A stretch of DNA of 64,000 nucleotides from Nitrososphaera sp. UBA210 (lineage in GTDB: Archaea > Thermoproteota > Nitrososphaeria > Nitrososphaerales > Nitrososphaeraceae): positions 9,375 through 73,374 of the forward strand of contig DADA01000014.1 of assembly GCA_002494895.1 (NCBI GenBank). Reading direction: 5' to 3'. The notes under the pieces were generated by a model, which had not been told where the DNA came from, searched no databases, and saw nothing but the letters and a program-made list of their open reading frames with translations. Positions 7,612 to 16,785 of the stretch are shown piece by piece. The number at the start of each line of letters is the position of its first letter. Positions within the stretch are counted from its first letter, which is position 1. A program made the translations under genes and the position numbers.

Positions 7612-10251
7612 ATGAGTAGCAACCCGGCGAAATTTCATGTCGGACAGACTATCGAAGGTTCAAGATTTGAAGTGGACCGCGCGTCGCTGACAAAGCACGC
7701 GATAATCCTTGGGGCCACGGGTTCGGGCAAGACGGTGATTTCCAAAGTCCTCGTCGAAGAGGCCGCTCTCCAGGGAATTTCCACTTTTGCAATTGACCCC
7801 AAGGGCGACATCGGCAACATGGCGTTTAGGTCACCGGGCTTTGACTTTTCAGAATGGTCCGGCAAGGAGGCAGACGCCCTGGGAATCGACCGGCAAGACT
7901 ACGCCGCAACTCTGCAAAAGAATTACAGCGAAAAGGCGGCAGAGTTCAATGTTGCTCCCGGAGCTGCCGAAAAATTCGGCACCGTAACGGTCAGGATATT
8001 TACCCCCAAGTCGGCAGCCGGCCTGCCAGTCGGAATCTCGCCCGACCTTTCCGCGCCGACCGACTTCAACCGCCTGCTGAGCACCGACATCGGGTCTGCA
8101 GCCGACCTACTGGACTTGACCTCGTTTAACCTGCTGAGGCTCGCCGGCTATGGCGAAGGCGACAGAAAAGAGATCACTTTTGTCTCTGCAATACTGGAGA
8201 ACGCGTGGAAGGCCGGACAGAGCCTGACGATAAGCACCCTCATAAGGGACATTCAGGAGCCTCCAATCAGGTCGATAGGTTCGCTGCCGGTGTCGAAGGT
8301 GGTGTCTGACAGGGAAAGAAAAGAGCTTGCCACAAGGATTAATCTGCTAATCTCGGACCCCAAGTTAAGGTCGTGGTCCTCTGCAGAGTCGATCGATTTC
8401 TCCGAGCTCTTTGGCAGCCCGTCGATAAACGTGCTTGACCTCCGCAACATCCAGTCAGAGCAGGAAAAACACCTGTTCGTCGAGCTGGTTCTCCAGCGAT
8501 TGTTCCAGTGGCTAATCAAGCAGGGAAGCGCGCAGACGCTGCGGTACCTTCTTTATTTCGACGAGATCGCCGGCTACTGCCCGCCTGTCAGAGAGCCGCC
8601 CTCAAAAAAGCTGCTGCTACTGCTGATCAAACAGGCAAGGGCTTTTGGGCTGGGGATGCTCCTTGCCAGCCAGAACGCCGTAGACCTTGACTACAAGGTG
8701 ATCTCTAACGCAAACGTGCGATTCATCGGCAGGCTGGGCGCGCAGCGGGACATTCAGCGCGTGAGCACCGGCCTAGAGCTGGATTCAGACGCAGAAAGAG
8801 AAATCGCAAGGCTGAGGCCGGGCGAGTTCTATTGCAACGTATTTGACCCGAAATTCAAATCGGTAATAAAATCAAGGTGGACTTTGACATACCACAGAGG
8901 ACCGCTGGAAGATAGCGAAATAGCCAATCTGATGGAACCGATGAAGGCAGGGCTGCCCTCAAGCCAGCATGTCGCGGGCGAAGATAATGAATCCGAACTT
9001 GCCGTAATCCAGGGGGATGTTCCTGAGGAATCGCTTCCTGTCCCCGTGCGCGACAGCCAGATCGTTGCGATACCGCACGGCAAGGACGAGACTTTTTTCC
9101 TGCTCGAGAAAAAATTCGAGCCCAACAATCTTGCCTACTTTATCAGGCTCGGCAGCAACCTAAAGTCGCTAAGGCTGCTATCGGTGGAAACAGAGGAGCG
9201 GTTCTATCCCGTCTTTGAGCTCAGCGCCTCTGTCTTTGAGAAAGGCTATGCAAGGGAGACCCTTGACAAGACAATCGAGCTTGCGGCGTTTGAAGGGGAT
9301 GTGATCGAACTGCCCAAGCCGCACACGCTGGTAGCGCAGCGAAAGGTTCCTACGGAAACAAGGATGGAAGCCAACCAGTGGAGAGGAGAGCTCCAAGAGA
9401 CTGTCAACGAAATGGAACGGGCGCTTTTCATCAAGTTTGACATTCTGATAGAGGAAAAGAGAAAGGAGAACATTGCGAGCAAGTCCGCCAGGCCCAAGGC
9501 AAAGATAGCGGACATTGACGCCAGCGTTGCAAGCCTCCGGAAAACTATAGAATCAGACAAGGACTCGATAAAGAAATACGAAAAGCTCTACAAAGAAGTA
9601 AAGAAGGAGAGCAAGAAGAAAAAGGGTCTAAAGTCCCGGCTCATTTCCATGGAAAACAGGATGGACACAAAGAGGCAGAAGATCGAAACAACAGAGAGAA
9701 AGATAGAGCAGCTGCATACAAACAAAAAGGCGCTTCAGGAACTGCTGGTCGAAATCGAGGAGCAGGAAGAAGAAAAATTCCATGAGGCACTGGGCAGTAT
9801 CAGGAGCAAGACGAGCTTTGGGGTGACAGGCTGGCTAGTGGAAACCGTGTACAGGGCGGGGATGGCACTCAATGCCGGCAAGGAGCACCATGGCGATGTT
9901 GTCTGGAGCTCTTACACTGGAAAAGGGACTTGGGGCCGATGCTCCGCTTGTTCTGTTCCGCTGACCGAAGGCTGGGCATGCGCGTGCGGCAACCTGTTAT
10001 GCAGCGGCCATTTGGCCTACTGCAAGATCTGCCTGGAGCCGGCCTGCGTGGAGCACCGCGCAAGATGCCACATTTGCGAATCGACATTTTGTGCCGCCCA
10101 CAGCATAAGGTGCGAGATATGCAGAAAGCCCGCCTGCTCAAATCACAGCGGAGCATGCAGCATATGCAACAAAAAAGTATGCAGCGAATGTTCGCAAAAG
10201 AAGGGGCTTATCAAGAGCAAGATCATTTGCAGCGGCTGCTCTAGCCCCTAG
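7612..10251 (+). CDS. HerA/FtsK-superfamily (DUF87-like) ATPase with coiled coil and Cys/His-rich C-terminus
   Basis: Walker A GATGSGKT, IDPKGD, Walker B LYFDE, ASQN; K/E-rich coiled coil; CxxC-x4-CxxH repeats. Confidence 0.85.
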   Translation: MSSNPAKFHVGQTIEGSRFEVDRASLTKHAIILGATGSGKTVISKVLVEEAALQGISTFAIDPKGDIGNMAFRSPGFDFSEWSGKEADALGIDRQDYAATLQKNYSEKAAEFNVAPGAAEKFGTVTVRIFTPKSAAGLPVGISPDLSAPTDFNRLLSTDIGSAADLLDLTSFNLLRLAGYGEGDRKEITFVSAILENAWKAGQSLTISTLIRDIQEPPIRSIGSLPVSKVVSDRERKELATRINLLISDPKLRSWSSAESIDFSELFGSPSINVLDLRNIQSEQEKHLFVELVLQRLFQWLIKQGSAQTLRYLLYFDEIAGYCPPVREPPSKKLLLLLIKQARAFGLGMLLASQNAVDLDYKVISNANVRFIGRLGAQRDIQRVSTGLELDSDAEREIARLRPGEFYCNVFDPKFKSVIKSRWTLTYHRGPLEDSEIANLMEPMKAGLPSSQHVAGEDNESELAVIQGDVPEESLPVPVRDSQIVAIPHGKDETFFLLEKKFEPNNLAYFIRLGSNLKSLRLLSVETEERFYPVFELSASVFEKGYARETLDKTIELAAFEGDVIELPKPHTLVAQRKVPTETRMEANQWRGELQETVNEMERALFIKFDILIEEKRKENIASKSARPKAKIADIDASVASLRKTIESDKDSIKKYEKLYKEVKKESKKKKGLKSRLISMENRMDTKRQKIETTERKIEQLHTNKKALQELLVEIEEQEEEKFHEALGSIRSKTSFGVTGWLVETVYRAGMALNAGKEHHGDVVWSSYTGKGTWGRCSACSVPLTEGWACACGNLLCSGHLAYCKICLEPACVEHRARCHICESTFCAAHSIRCEICRKPACSNHSGACSICNKKVCSECSQKKGLIKSKIICSGCSSP

Positions 10252-10254
10252 GAC

Positions 10255-10464
10255 TCAAAGGGCGCACTCGCCAAAGAACCTGTCCTCTCCGGTGCGAACA
10301 ACTATGCAGTTGCCCGCGGATTCCGGCTGCTGGACTACGGTTCCTGCATTTGTCGTAGGGCCATTGGTGAATGACGCTGCCAGGAAACTGCTAATGAAAA
10401 AGACCAGAGCAATGACTACCATCATGAAGAGTAGCAGACGCGACTTGTTGCTGGTAGCGCTCAT
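10255..10464 (-). CDS. Small membrane-anchored hypothetical protein
   Basis: Start moved to the MSATSNK ATG; one TM segment and a C-terminal Cys pair. Confidence 0.6.
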   Translation of the reverse strand: MSATSNKSRLLLFMMVVIALVFFISSFLAASFTNGPTTNAGTVVQQPESAGNCIVVRTGEDRFFGECAL

Positions 10465-10552
10465 TATCACTGAATAATGTCGCAAGTGGTTAGTATTCTT
10501 TTCTATGTAGTCCGTCATCATTTTTAAGGTCGCATGCGCCATACATTGCTGG

Positions 10553-12121
10553 ATGTTCGAGAACGAGAATACCCTGCGTAGGTTCATGACCGAGAAGGGC
10601 GAGGGAGAATTCCACGACAGCTACGAGAGGGCGCTTGAGCACGTGAGATCAGAATTCGGTAGGAAATATCCAATGATCATTGGAGGCCGGGAGGTAAAGG
10701 CTGCAAAAAGCGTCGCGCAGCTGTCTCCGATAGATACCAGGATCGTGCTAGGCCATGTTTCAGATGGCGGGGCATTACACGCGCGCCAGGCAGTGGCAGC
10801 GGCCAAGAGGGCATTTTCGAGCTGGGGCAGGACTGACTACCGCGAGCGCACAAGGATTTGCAGGGCGGCAGCTGACACCATGAGCCAGCGAAAATTCGAG
10901 CTTGCCGCCTGGATCTCGTTTGAGAACGGCAAGAACCGTTATGAGGCTATCGCGGACGTTGACGAAGCAATAGACTTTGTCCGGTATTACGCTGAAGAAA
11001 TGGAGCGCAACAACGGCTTTGAAACCCCAATGAAAAGCGCGCAACCAGACGAGCAGAGCAAGAGCGTCATGAAGCCTTACGGGGTGTGGGGCGTCATTGC
11101 GCCGTTTAATTTTCCTGCTGCTATCCTGGTGGGCATGAGCACCGGAGCCATTATCACCGGAAACACTGTCGTGGTAAAGCCGTCAAGCAACACGCCAATC
11201 ATCGCGCATAAATTCACCGAAATATTCAGGCAGGCAGGGCTTCCTGAAGGCGTCTTTAACCTTGTGACAGGTCCGGGCAGCAAAGTCGGCGGCGAGCTCG
11301 TGAACAACAAAGACGTTGCAGGAATAGTCTTTACCGGATCAAGGGAGGTGGGCTATGCGATGGCAAAAGAGTTCAGCAAGAACAGGCCCCGGCCCCTTAT
11401 CGCAGAGCTTGGGGGCAAGAACCCGGCCATAGTGACAGAAAGCGCTGATGTCGGCAAGGCAGCCGAGGGAGTGTTAAAGGCCGCATTTGGATATTCCGGC
11501 CAGAAATGCAGTGCATGCTCGCGCGTATACGTGCACCGAAAGGTGCGAAGCGAATTTCTAGAAAAGCTCGTGGAAAAAGCAAAGAACCTTCCGACTGGAA
11601 ATCCGCTTGATCCTAACACGTTTGTCGGGCCGCTTGCGAACAAGGATGCATACAGGAATTACCAGAAATACATGAGGGTTGCAGCAAGGGATGGCAAGGT
11701 GCTCTCGGGCGGCTCGCTCAAAAAGGAAGGCGACCTGAAGCACGGATATTACGTTGAGCCGACTATTGTGTCGGGCCTCCCGAAAAACCACAGGCTGTTC
11801 AAGGAAGAGATGTTTGTGCCGATACTGTGCGTGGCCGACTATGAAAAATTTGACGATGCAATAGAGATGGCAAATGGCGCCGACTATGGGCTTACTGCCG
11901 GAATATTCAGCGGAGATCAGGGACAAGTTCGCGAGTTTCTGGACTGCATAGAGGCCGGCGTCGTTTATGTAAACAGGCAGGCAAGCGCGACGACCGGCGC
12001 GATGGTCGGGTGCCAGCCGTTCGGCGGCTGGAAGGGCTCTGGAACCACTGGTAGGGGAACAGGCGGCCCTCATTACCTGACCCAGTTTATGAGAGAGCAA
12101 AGCCAGACGATAGCAGGCTAG
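10553..12121 (+). CDS. Delta-1-pyrroline-5-carboxylate dehydrogenase (aldehyde dehydrogenase family)
   Basis: IAPFNFP, FTGS, ELGGKN, GQKCSAC and EEMFVP motifs; near proline dehydrogenase. Confidence 0.9.
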   Translation: MFENENTLRRFMTEKGEGEFHDSYERALEHVRSEFGRKYPMIIGGREVKAAKSVAQLSPIDTRIVLGHVSDGGALHARQAVAAAKRAFSSWGRTDYRERTRICRAAADTMSQRKFELAAWISFENGKNRYEAIADVDEAIDFVRYYAEEMERNNGFETPMKSAQPDEQSKSVMKPYGVWGVIAPFNFPAAILVGMSTGAIITGNTVVVKPSSNTPIIAHKFTEIFRQAGLPEGVFNLVTGPGSKVGGELVNNKDVAGIVFTGSREVGYAMAKEFSKNRPRPLIAELGGKNPAIVTESADVGKAAEGVLKAAFGYSGQKCSACSRVYVHRKVRSEFLEKLVEKAKNLPTGNPLDPNTFVGPLANKDAYRNYQKYMRVAARDGKVLSGGSLKKEGDLKHGYYVEPTIVSGLPKNHRLFKEEMFVPILCVADYEKFDDAIEMANGADYGLTAGIFSGDQGQVREFLDCIEAGVVYVNRQASATTGAMVGCQPFGGWKGSGTTGRGTGGPHYLTQFMREQSQTIAG

Positions 12122-12189
12122 CCGCGGCGCTGAGAACAGCTTCGTCGGTCAGTAGCAATAGTTTAAGACTAGCTGTTCGTAGGGATGAT

Positions 12190-12507
12190 ATGCCAACACG
12201 AAAACGAACCGTGAAAGAGACGCGCTCAAGTATTTACGAACTGGACGACAAGATTGCGACAGAGGTCAGGCATGCGGCCGATGCGATCAGAGACCTCGTG
12301 CGTTCATTCCCGTCGACCGTTGAGCAAAAGTTAGCTTTTGAACACCAGATCGATCACCTCTCGAGGGAAGCAGATTACATGCTGAATGAAATGGATTCCA
12401 TCCAGAAGGCAAACAGGAAAAAGATTCTTCTGGCGTACAGAAAGTTTCTGCTGCAGAACATCAAAGGAGTCGACGGCAAGCTCAAGCGGCTAGAAAAAAG
12501 AAAATAG
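12190..12507 (+). CDS. Hypothetical helical protein
   Basis: 105-aa ATG ORF with TTTAAG TATA-like element upstream. Confidence 0.7.
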   Translation: MPTRKRTVKETRSSIYELDDKIATEVRHAADAIRDLVRSFPSTVEQKLAFEHQIDHLSREADYMLNEMDSIQKANRKKILLAYRKFLLQNIKGVDGKLKRLEKRK

Positions 12508-12541
12508 CTAGCGCCAAAGAATATCGCCGCGGTTAGGCACT

Positions 12542-13432
12542 CTACTGCTGGATTAGAGATCTTGCCAGCAGGATAACGTTCCTCTTTCTCTCCCGCAGCC
12601 TGCGAACAGAATATGCAAGCCAGTTATTTCCATAGGGGATGTATTCGGACACGGGAAAACCTCGTTCCACAAGCTCTTGTTTTAGCTCGTCGCGGATTCC
12701 CATCAGCATTTGAAATTCGAAATCGCGGGTTTCGCCTGCCCGCTTTGTCGCTTCATCGACCAGCTTTGAGTCATGCGTGGCTATGGCAAAAAAAGCGCCG
12801 CCGTCAAATAGCATCTTCATCAGTGTTGAAAAGTTGGCATCGACTTCTTCCTTTGCCGTGAAGGCGTGTTCCTCGTGCTCGTGGTAGGCGCCCTTGACAA
12901 GCCTGACCTTGCCATTATGCTCCAAGATGTGCAAAAGGTCGCTTGCGCTGCGTCGAAGATACGACTGTATTGCGATTCCTGTCATCTTGTTCTCTTTGAA
13001 GAGCTCAAGGTAAATCGAGATGGTGTCTTCTGCGAATTTTATAGATTCCATGTCGATCCACATAAACTGCCCCAGCGAGCTTGCTTTAACTGCGAGCCTA
13101 CGAAAGTTCTGGAGACACAAATCATAACCTATGGCAAGTCCAAGCTGGGTTGGTTTTGCTGAAATGCATCCCCTCACTTTTCTTACCTCCATCAAGTCCA
13201 TGAGTGCCAGGTACTCGCTGACGGTGGAATCGACAGCCTTTTTGTCGGTGGTCTCCTCGCCTAAAAAATTCAGTATTGCAGTCATGCCGTGGCTGTTTGC
13301 CCCCAAAGCAGCGGCTACTGCCTGTTCAGTGTTGTACCCTGCCACCCACTTTTTGGCTACCCGAAAAAGCAACCTCTCCAAAAGACCTGAATCATGACTG
13401 TGAGAATGTGGAGCAGGTCCTTCCAACAACAA
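12542..13432 (-). CDS. Proline dehydrogenase (monofunctional)
   Basis: KPTQLG, IDME, RLVKGAY, ATHD, EFQMLMG and YIPYG...RRLRE motifs; exact start uncertain. Confidence 0.92.
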   Translation of the reverse strand: MLLEGPAPHSHSHDSGLLERLLFRVAKKWVAGYNTEQAVAAALGANSHGMTAILNFLGEETTDKKAVDSTVSEYLALMDLMEVRKVRGCISAKPTQLGLAIGYDLCLQNFRRLAVKASSLGQFMWIDMESIKFAEDTISIYLELFKENKMTGIAIQSYLRRSASDLLHILEHNGKVRLVKGAYHEHEEHAFTAKEEVDANFSTLMKMLFDGGAFFAIATHDSKLVDEATKRAGETRDFEFQMLMGIRDELKQELVERGFPVSEYIPYGNNWLAYSVRRLRERKRNVILLARSLIQQ

Positions 13433-13650
13433 ACAATATCATTTCATTGATTTAACTTTAGGCTATGGCAGCTGAAAGCAATGCGTATGATTTGCGACTC
13501 TAGCCATCCCACGAAAGCTTTACATTGAATTTCGACAAGTGATTCCGAGAATCAAAGTACTGCAGAGACAAATCGTCGTGATACCTGTCAAAAAGCTGTC
13601 GAAAAGCGGCAGACCAGATAACTTATCTAAGAGACACGACTATCTTTATT

Positions 13651-13899
13651 GTGATAGCGAAGAATTCCGCGTTATCAGAGGGGCCGAACGCGACCCCGAA
13701 CAAACAAAAGAATCCGGCAGCAGGTATTGGCCTTGGTTTTCTGGGCGTTGCCTCAGTGCTTTCAGCGGTGAGCGTGGGCGTTGGAATCGGTGTGTACCTT
13801 GACAATGCCATGGTCAGCGCGTTCGTCGCGCATGTCTTGGCAGGAATCGTGATCGCAGCGATCAGTGAAATTGGTAAAAAGCTGAAGTCAGCGAAATAA
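13651..13899 (+). CDS. Small membrane protein
   Basis: Two TM helices; TATA-like CTTAT upstream. Confidence 0.6.
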   Translation: MIAKNSALSEGPNATPNKQKNPAAGIGLGFLGVASVLSAVSVGVGIGVYLDNAMVSAFVAHVLAGIVIAAISEIGKKLKSAK

Positions 13900-13992
13900 G
13901 AGATTCAGAAGTGCCCGGAACTGAACCAGAGACACTGCTGGTTCCTACCTTTATTGGAAATGCCAGGTCAATCTTAAATAATTGAATCCCGT

Positions 13993-14241
13993 ATGGTAGA
14001 ATCGAGGCAAATGTCTGAGCCAGTGATACAGCACTGGGAAAGAGTAATGCACAAAAACGTAAGGACAAGCGACAGAATAGACGCAGGCAACATCATTTCC
14101 GAAGCCGGAGAGAATTTTACCATAATGCAAGGAGCAAAGAGAGAATACAGCGTGCCCAAATCCTGCGTAGAGGGATTTGATGGCGGCGAAGTCTACCTCA
14201 ACATATCCTACTCTGATCTGATGAATTACAAAGTGCAGTGA
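13993..14241 (+). CDS. Small PRC-barrel/DUF2171-like protein
   Basis: Pattern W-x2-V-x2-K-x-VRTSD...YSVPKS.VE.FDG.EV.L. Confidence 0.65.
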   Translation: MVESRQMSEPVIQHWERVMHKNVRTSDRIDAGNIISEAGENFTIMQGAKREYSVPKSCVEGFDGGEVYLNISYSDLMNYKVQ

Positions 14242-14402
14242 TAGGACAGAGGTGCGATGCTATCGCCACGAAAAGGTGCATGGGCAGTGCATACTATTCC
14301 CGCTAGCTAAAACGAACTGAAATAAATTCCGCGGCTGACATCAGCAGGTACGGCGCTGCGCAGCGCAAATCTTATACGCTTTCTATTGCATCATGATATC
14401 GT

Positions 14403-14801
14403 TTGAAGGAGCGGACCTACCGCGAATCAATAGATTTTGTCCTTGCCAGGATAATGATCTCCTCCTCGAACATCAGGTCGGCCAGTGTTATAGCAGCGAC
14501 CGGAATGCTTCGCCGATATCGGATCCGCGAGGATGTGAACCTGCTTCTCGGCCCAAAAGAGATGGGCGAACTTGTCAAAACCGCAACTCAGGTGGGGTCT
14601 TCATTTTACAGGTACGCGCCAAAGCTTGGAGAGCTCAGGCACATGCATCTCGATTTTGAGAATCTGCAGGCCTTGATATTTCCTATGCCCGATCACAACG
14701 TCCTTCTGGTGACAATGGAAAAAGCAGAGCCAGATGTGACACGAGTTGTCGCTTTCATCACACGACTCCTCCAGCGCGAGGGTCTGATTCATGCAAGTTA
14801 G
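14403..14801 (+). CDS. Roadblock/profilin-like protein (DUF6659-like)
   Basis: IRSASVI..TG and KLGELR pattern shared with 44071-44478. Confidence 0.65.
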   Translation: MKERTYRESIDFVLARIMISSSNIRSASVIAATGMLRRYRIREDVNLLLGPKEMGELVKTATQVGSSFYRYAPKLGELRHMHLDFENLQALIFPMPDHNVLLVTMEKAEPDVTRVVAFITRLLQREGLIHAS

Positions 14802-14844
14802 CGTCAAATATTCCCACAGTCGTATTATTGCGATCTACTAAATG

Positions 14845-15087
14845 TCAAGAATTACGATCCTCGAGCTTTGAAAGTGGCATGAATTCCAATTTTCCGGCCT
14901 TCATCCTTCTTTCGAAATCTGCAACCGCTTTTCTTTCATATCTGTCAGGTTTGCTCACACCGATCAGTCGCTTCTCCACGATATTCTCAAGTTTCTCTAT
15001 GTTCACCTTGAGTATTCGTATTTCCTTCTTGATGTCTCTGAGATCTTGCTGCGCCGTCAAGGTTAATTCATGAATGTTGGCCGACAT
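14845..15087 (-). CDS. Coiled-coil small protein, RelB-type antitoxin-like
   Basis: 80 aa; coiled-coil N-terminus and PDRYE...GKLEFMPLSKL C-terminus resemble archaeal antitoxins (inference). Confidence 0.55.
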   Translation of the reverse strand: MSANIHELTLTAQQDLRDIKKEIRILKVNIEKLENIVEKRLIGVSKPDRYERKAVADFERRMKAGKLEFMPLSKLEDRNS

Positions 15088-15132
15088 ATATAAGAAAATC
15101 CATCATCTAGGCTTTGTTAAAAAAAGTCGCAC

Positions 15133-15306
15133 TTAGCCTTTAGGTTGAGACCTTGTTCTTAAACGCCTCATACCACAAGCAACTACAAACAACCCGCAGA
15201 CAGCTATTATGATGACAACGGCAATCCAAGGTAGAGTATTGGCAGCATCAGTTATTGTAGGATCAGGTGGTGGCGGCGGCAATTGCATGATGATGCTTCC
15301 TAGCAT
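15133..15306 (-). CDS. 57-aa single-pass membrane microprotein (below ORF-track cutoff)
   Basis: MLGSIIMQLPPPPPDPTITDAANTLPWIAVVIIIAVCGLFVVACGMRRLRTRSQPKG: Pro linker, TM helix, basic tail. Confidence 0.55.
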   Translation of the reverse strand: MLGSIIMQLPPPPPDPTITDAANTLPWIAVVIIIAVCGLFVVACGMRRLRTRSQPKG

Positions 15307-15403
15307 ACCATGATGACTTGGTTGTCGCTCATACCTATAGATTTTGTCAAGATAGTGATGACTTACTAAACAAAGCCCATCATCTACAATCGAAAATTGT
15401 AAG

Positions 15404-15538
15404 CGCCCGGGCCGGGATTATCGTTCGGAATTTCGCCGAATTTCGAACCCGGGTCGAAGGAGTGACAGTCCCCCATACTGGACCGGAATGTACGATCTGA
15501 CCTCCTCATAGGCATCAGGTTCTCTATACTACCCGGGC
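15404..15538 (-). tRNA. tRNA-Asp(GUC) with two introns (15523-15488 at position 15/16; 15441-15418 at position 59/60)
   Basis: Spliced sequence GCCCGGGTAGTATAGTCCGGTCCAGTATGGGGGACTGTCACTCCTTCGACCCGGGTTCGAATCCCGGCCCGGGCG folds as a cloverleaf; BHB-like junctions. Confidence 0.92.
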
Positions 15539-15665
15539 GCTAAGCCAACTTTTGGCAAAACCAATTAAAGTGTTTTGGTGTGATCCTAGATTTTGAATAA
15601 TACATTAGAAAGTGCCCGGTTCGGAAATAATCATCTCTTCTTTTTTTACGCGGAAGTAAAAATAG

Positions 15666-15688
15666 CGGATCCGTCGGGATTCGCACCC
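15666..15688 (-). other. Isolated tRNA 3'-end fragment (possible att-site scar)
   Basis: Minus strand GGGTGCGAATCCCGACGGATCCG = T-loop, T-stem 3' strand, acceptor 3' strand and discriminator; no 5' half. Confidence 0.55.
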
Positions 15689-16192
15689 TTATGGCGCTTG
15701 GCACCCTTCAATGCTACCCCGAACATCAGCCTCCGGAGCTACCATGCATGTGCCTGAACCTTCGTGCTTTATGTTTCCGAGTATTTCAGCTCCTGATTGA
15801 ACTCGCAAATCACCATCCTTTACTTCGATGTTTCCCCTCACTATCGCTGCCCCAATTCTTGTGTCAGTTGTATTCTCACTCCTTACATTTCCGTTGATTT
15901 CAGTCCCGAATCCTATGTCAACCCCGAAACTGTTTCTTGACTCTACGTTGCCATTAACCGTCCCATTCAAAATGGTAATTCTGTCGCCAGGAGAATCCAG
16001 CATGATGTTGCCATCTATCGCAGCATCTATTGCACAAGGCCCATCGACCTTGATGTTCCGATTAACTGTCCCAGAGAGTTCTGAAGAGCAAACAGTGTCT
16101 GCGCTGGCTGCGACCACAACTACTGGCACAATAACGGCTGCAGCCGCAGCGATTACGATGATCAATTTCGTTGAGGCTAACATTACGCTCAT
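15689..16192 (-). CDS. Secreted/anchored beta-solenoid (bactofilin-like repeat) protein
   Basis: N-terminal hydrophobic signal; repeated (I/V)xGN(I/V) units. Confidence 0.75.
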   Translation of the reverse strand: MSVMLASTKLIIVIAAAAAVIVPVVVVAASADTVCSSELSGTVNRNIKVDGPCAIDAAIDGNIMLDSPGDRITILNGTVNGNVESRNSFGVDIGFGTEINGNVRSENTTDTRIGAAIVRGNIEVKDGDLRVQSGAEILGNIKHEGSGTCMVAPEADVRGSIEGCQAP

Positions 16193-16410
16193 TATTCAGC
16201 GGTAATCCTAAAAAGTCTTGTGATAGCGGCTTCCACTAACGTGTTATGAATTGATTTGAGATTATCGGCTAATGGGTAATAGGTTGAAAAGCTCACAACA
16301 CCCTTTGGAGCTTTGTTTCACAATTCGTATGTTCCCACAAACTCTGCCCGTTCCATGGAACCGGATACCAAAAAGAATATTTACTATCAAGTCTATTATT
16401 CCTACTAGGT

Positions 16411-16785
16411 ATGCACGAAGAACTGTCAGACAGCAAACACAGCGCTACTTGCGCAGTAGTATCAGTCTGGGAAGTCCTTGGAAGAAGGTGGTCTCTACAC
16501 ATCATAAAGAACCTCAGCACGAGAAACGTCATCAGGTTCAACGAGCTAAAGAGAGCTCTCGCAGGGATCAGCAGCACCGTTTTAGCCGAGCGGCTGCTGG
16601 AGCTAGAGCGCGAAGGACTGGTAACGAAAAAAATCTACCCCGAGGTGCCACCAAGGGTAGAGTACAGCATGACTCCACAGGCAAGGGAGCTAGAAGTGAT
16701 AATAAAAGACCTTGCCCGCTGGGCAAACAAGTGGCGCAGCCCAGAGGGACTAAAGACGGCGGCGCTGGCTTCGCATAAAAAATAG
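16411..16785 (+). CDS. HxlR/DUF24-family transcriptional regulator
   Basis: N-terminal Cys; LGRRWSL, RFNEL, LAERLLELE and PPRVEYSMT motifs. Confidence 0.92.
   Translation: MHEELSDSKHSATCAVVSVWEVLGRRWSLHIIKNLSTRNVIRFNELKRALAGISSTVLAERLLELEREGLVTKKIYPEVPPRVEYSMTPQARELEVIIKDLARWANKWRSPEGLKTAALASHKK

Noticed and set aside
15609..15630. Degenerate likeness to the tRNA-Asp 3' end (AAGTGCCCGGTTCGGAAATA)
   Set aside because: Short with several mismatches; could be chance
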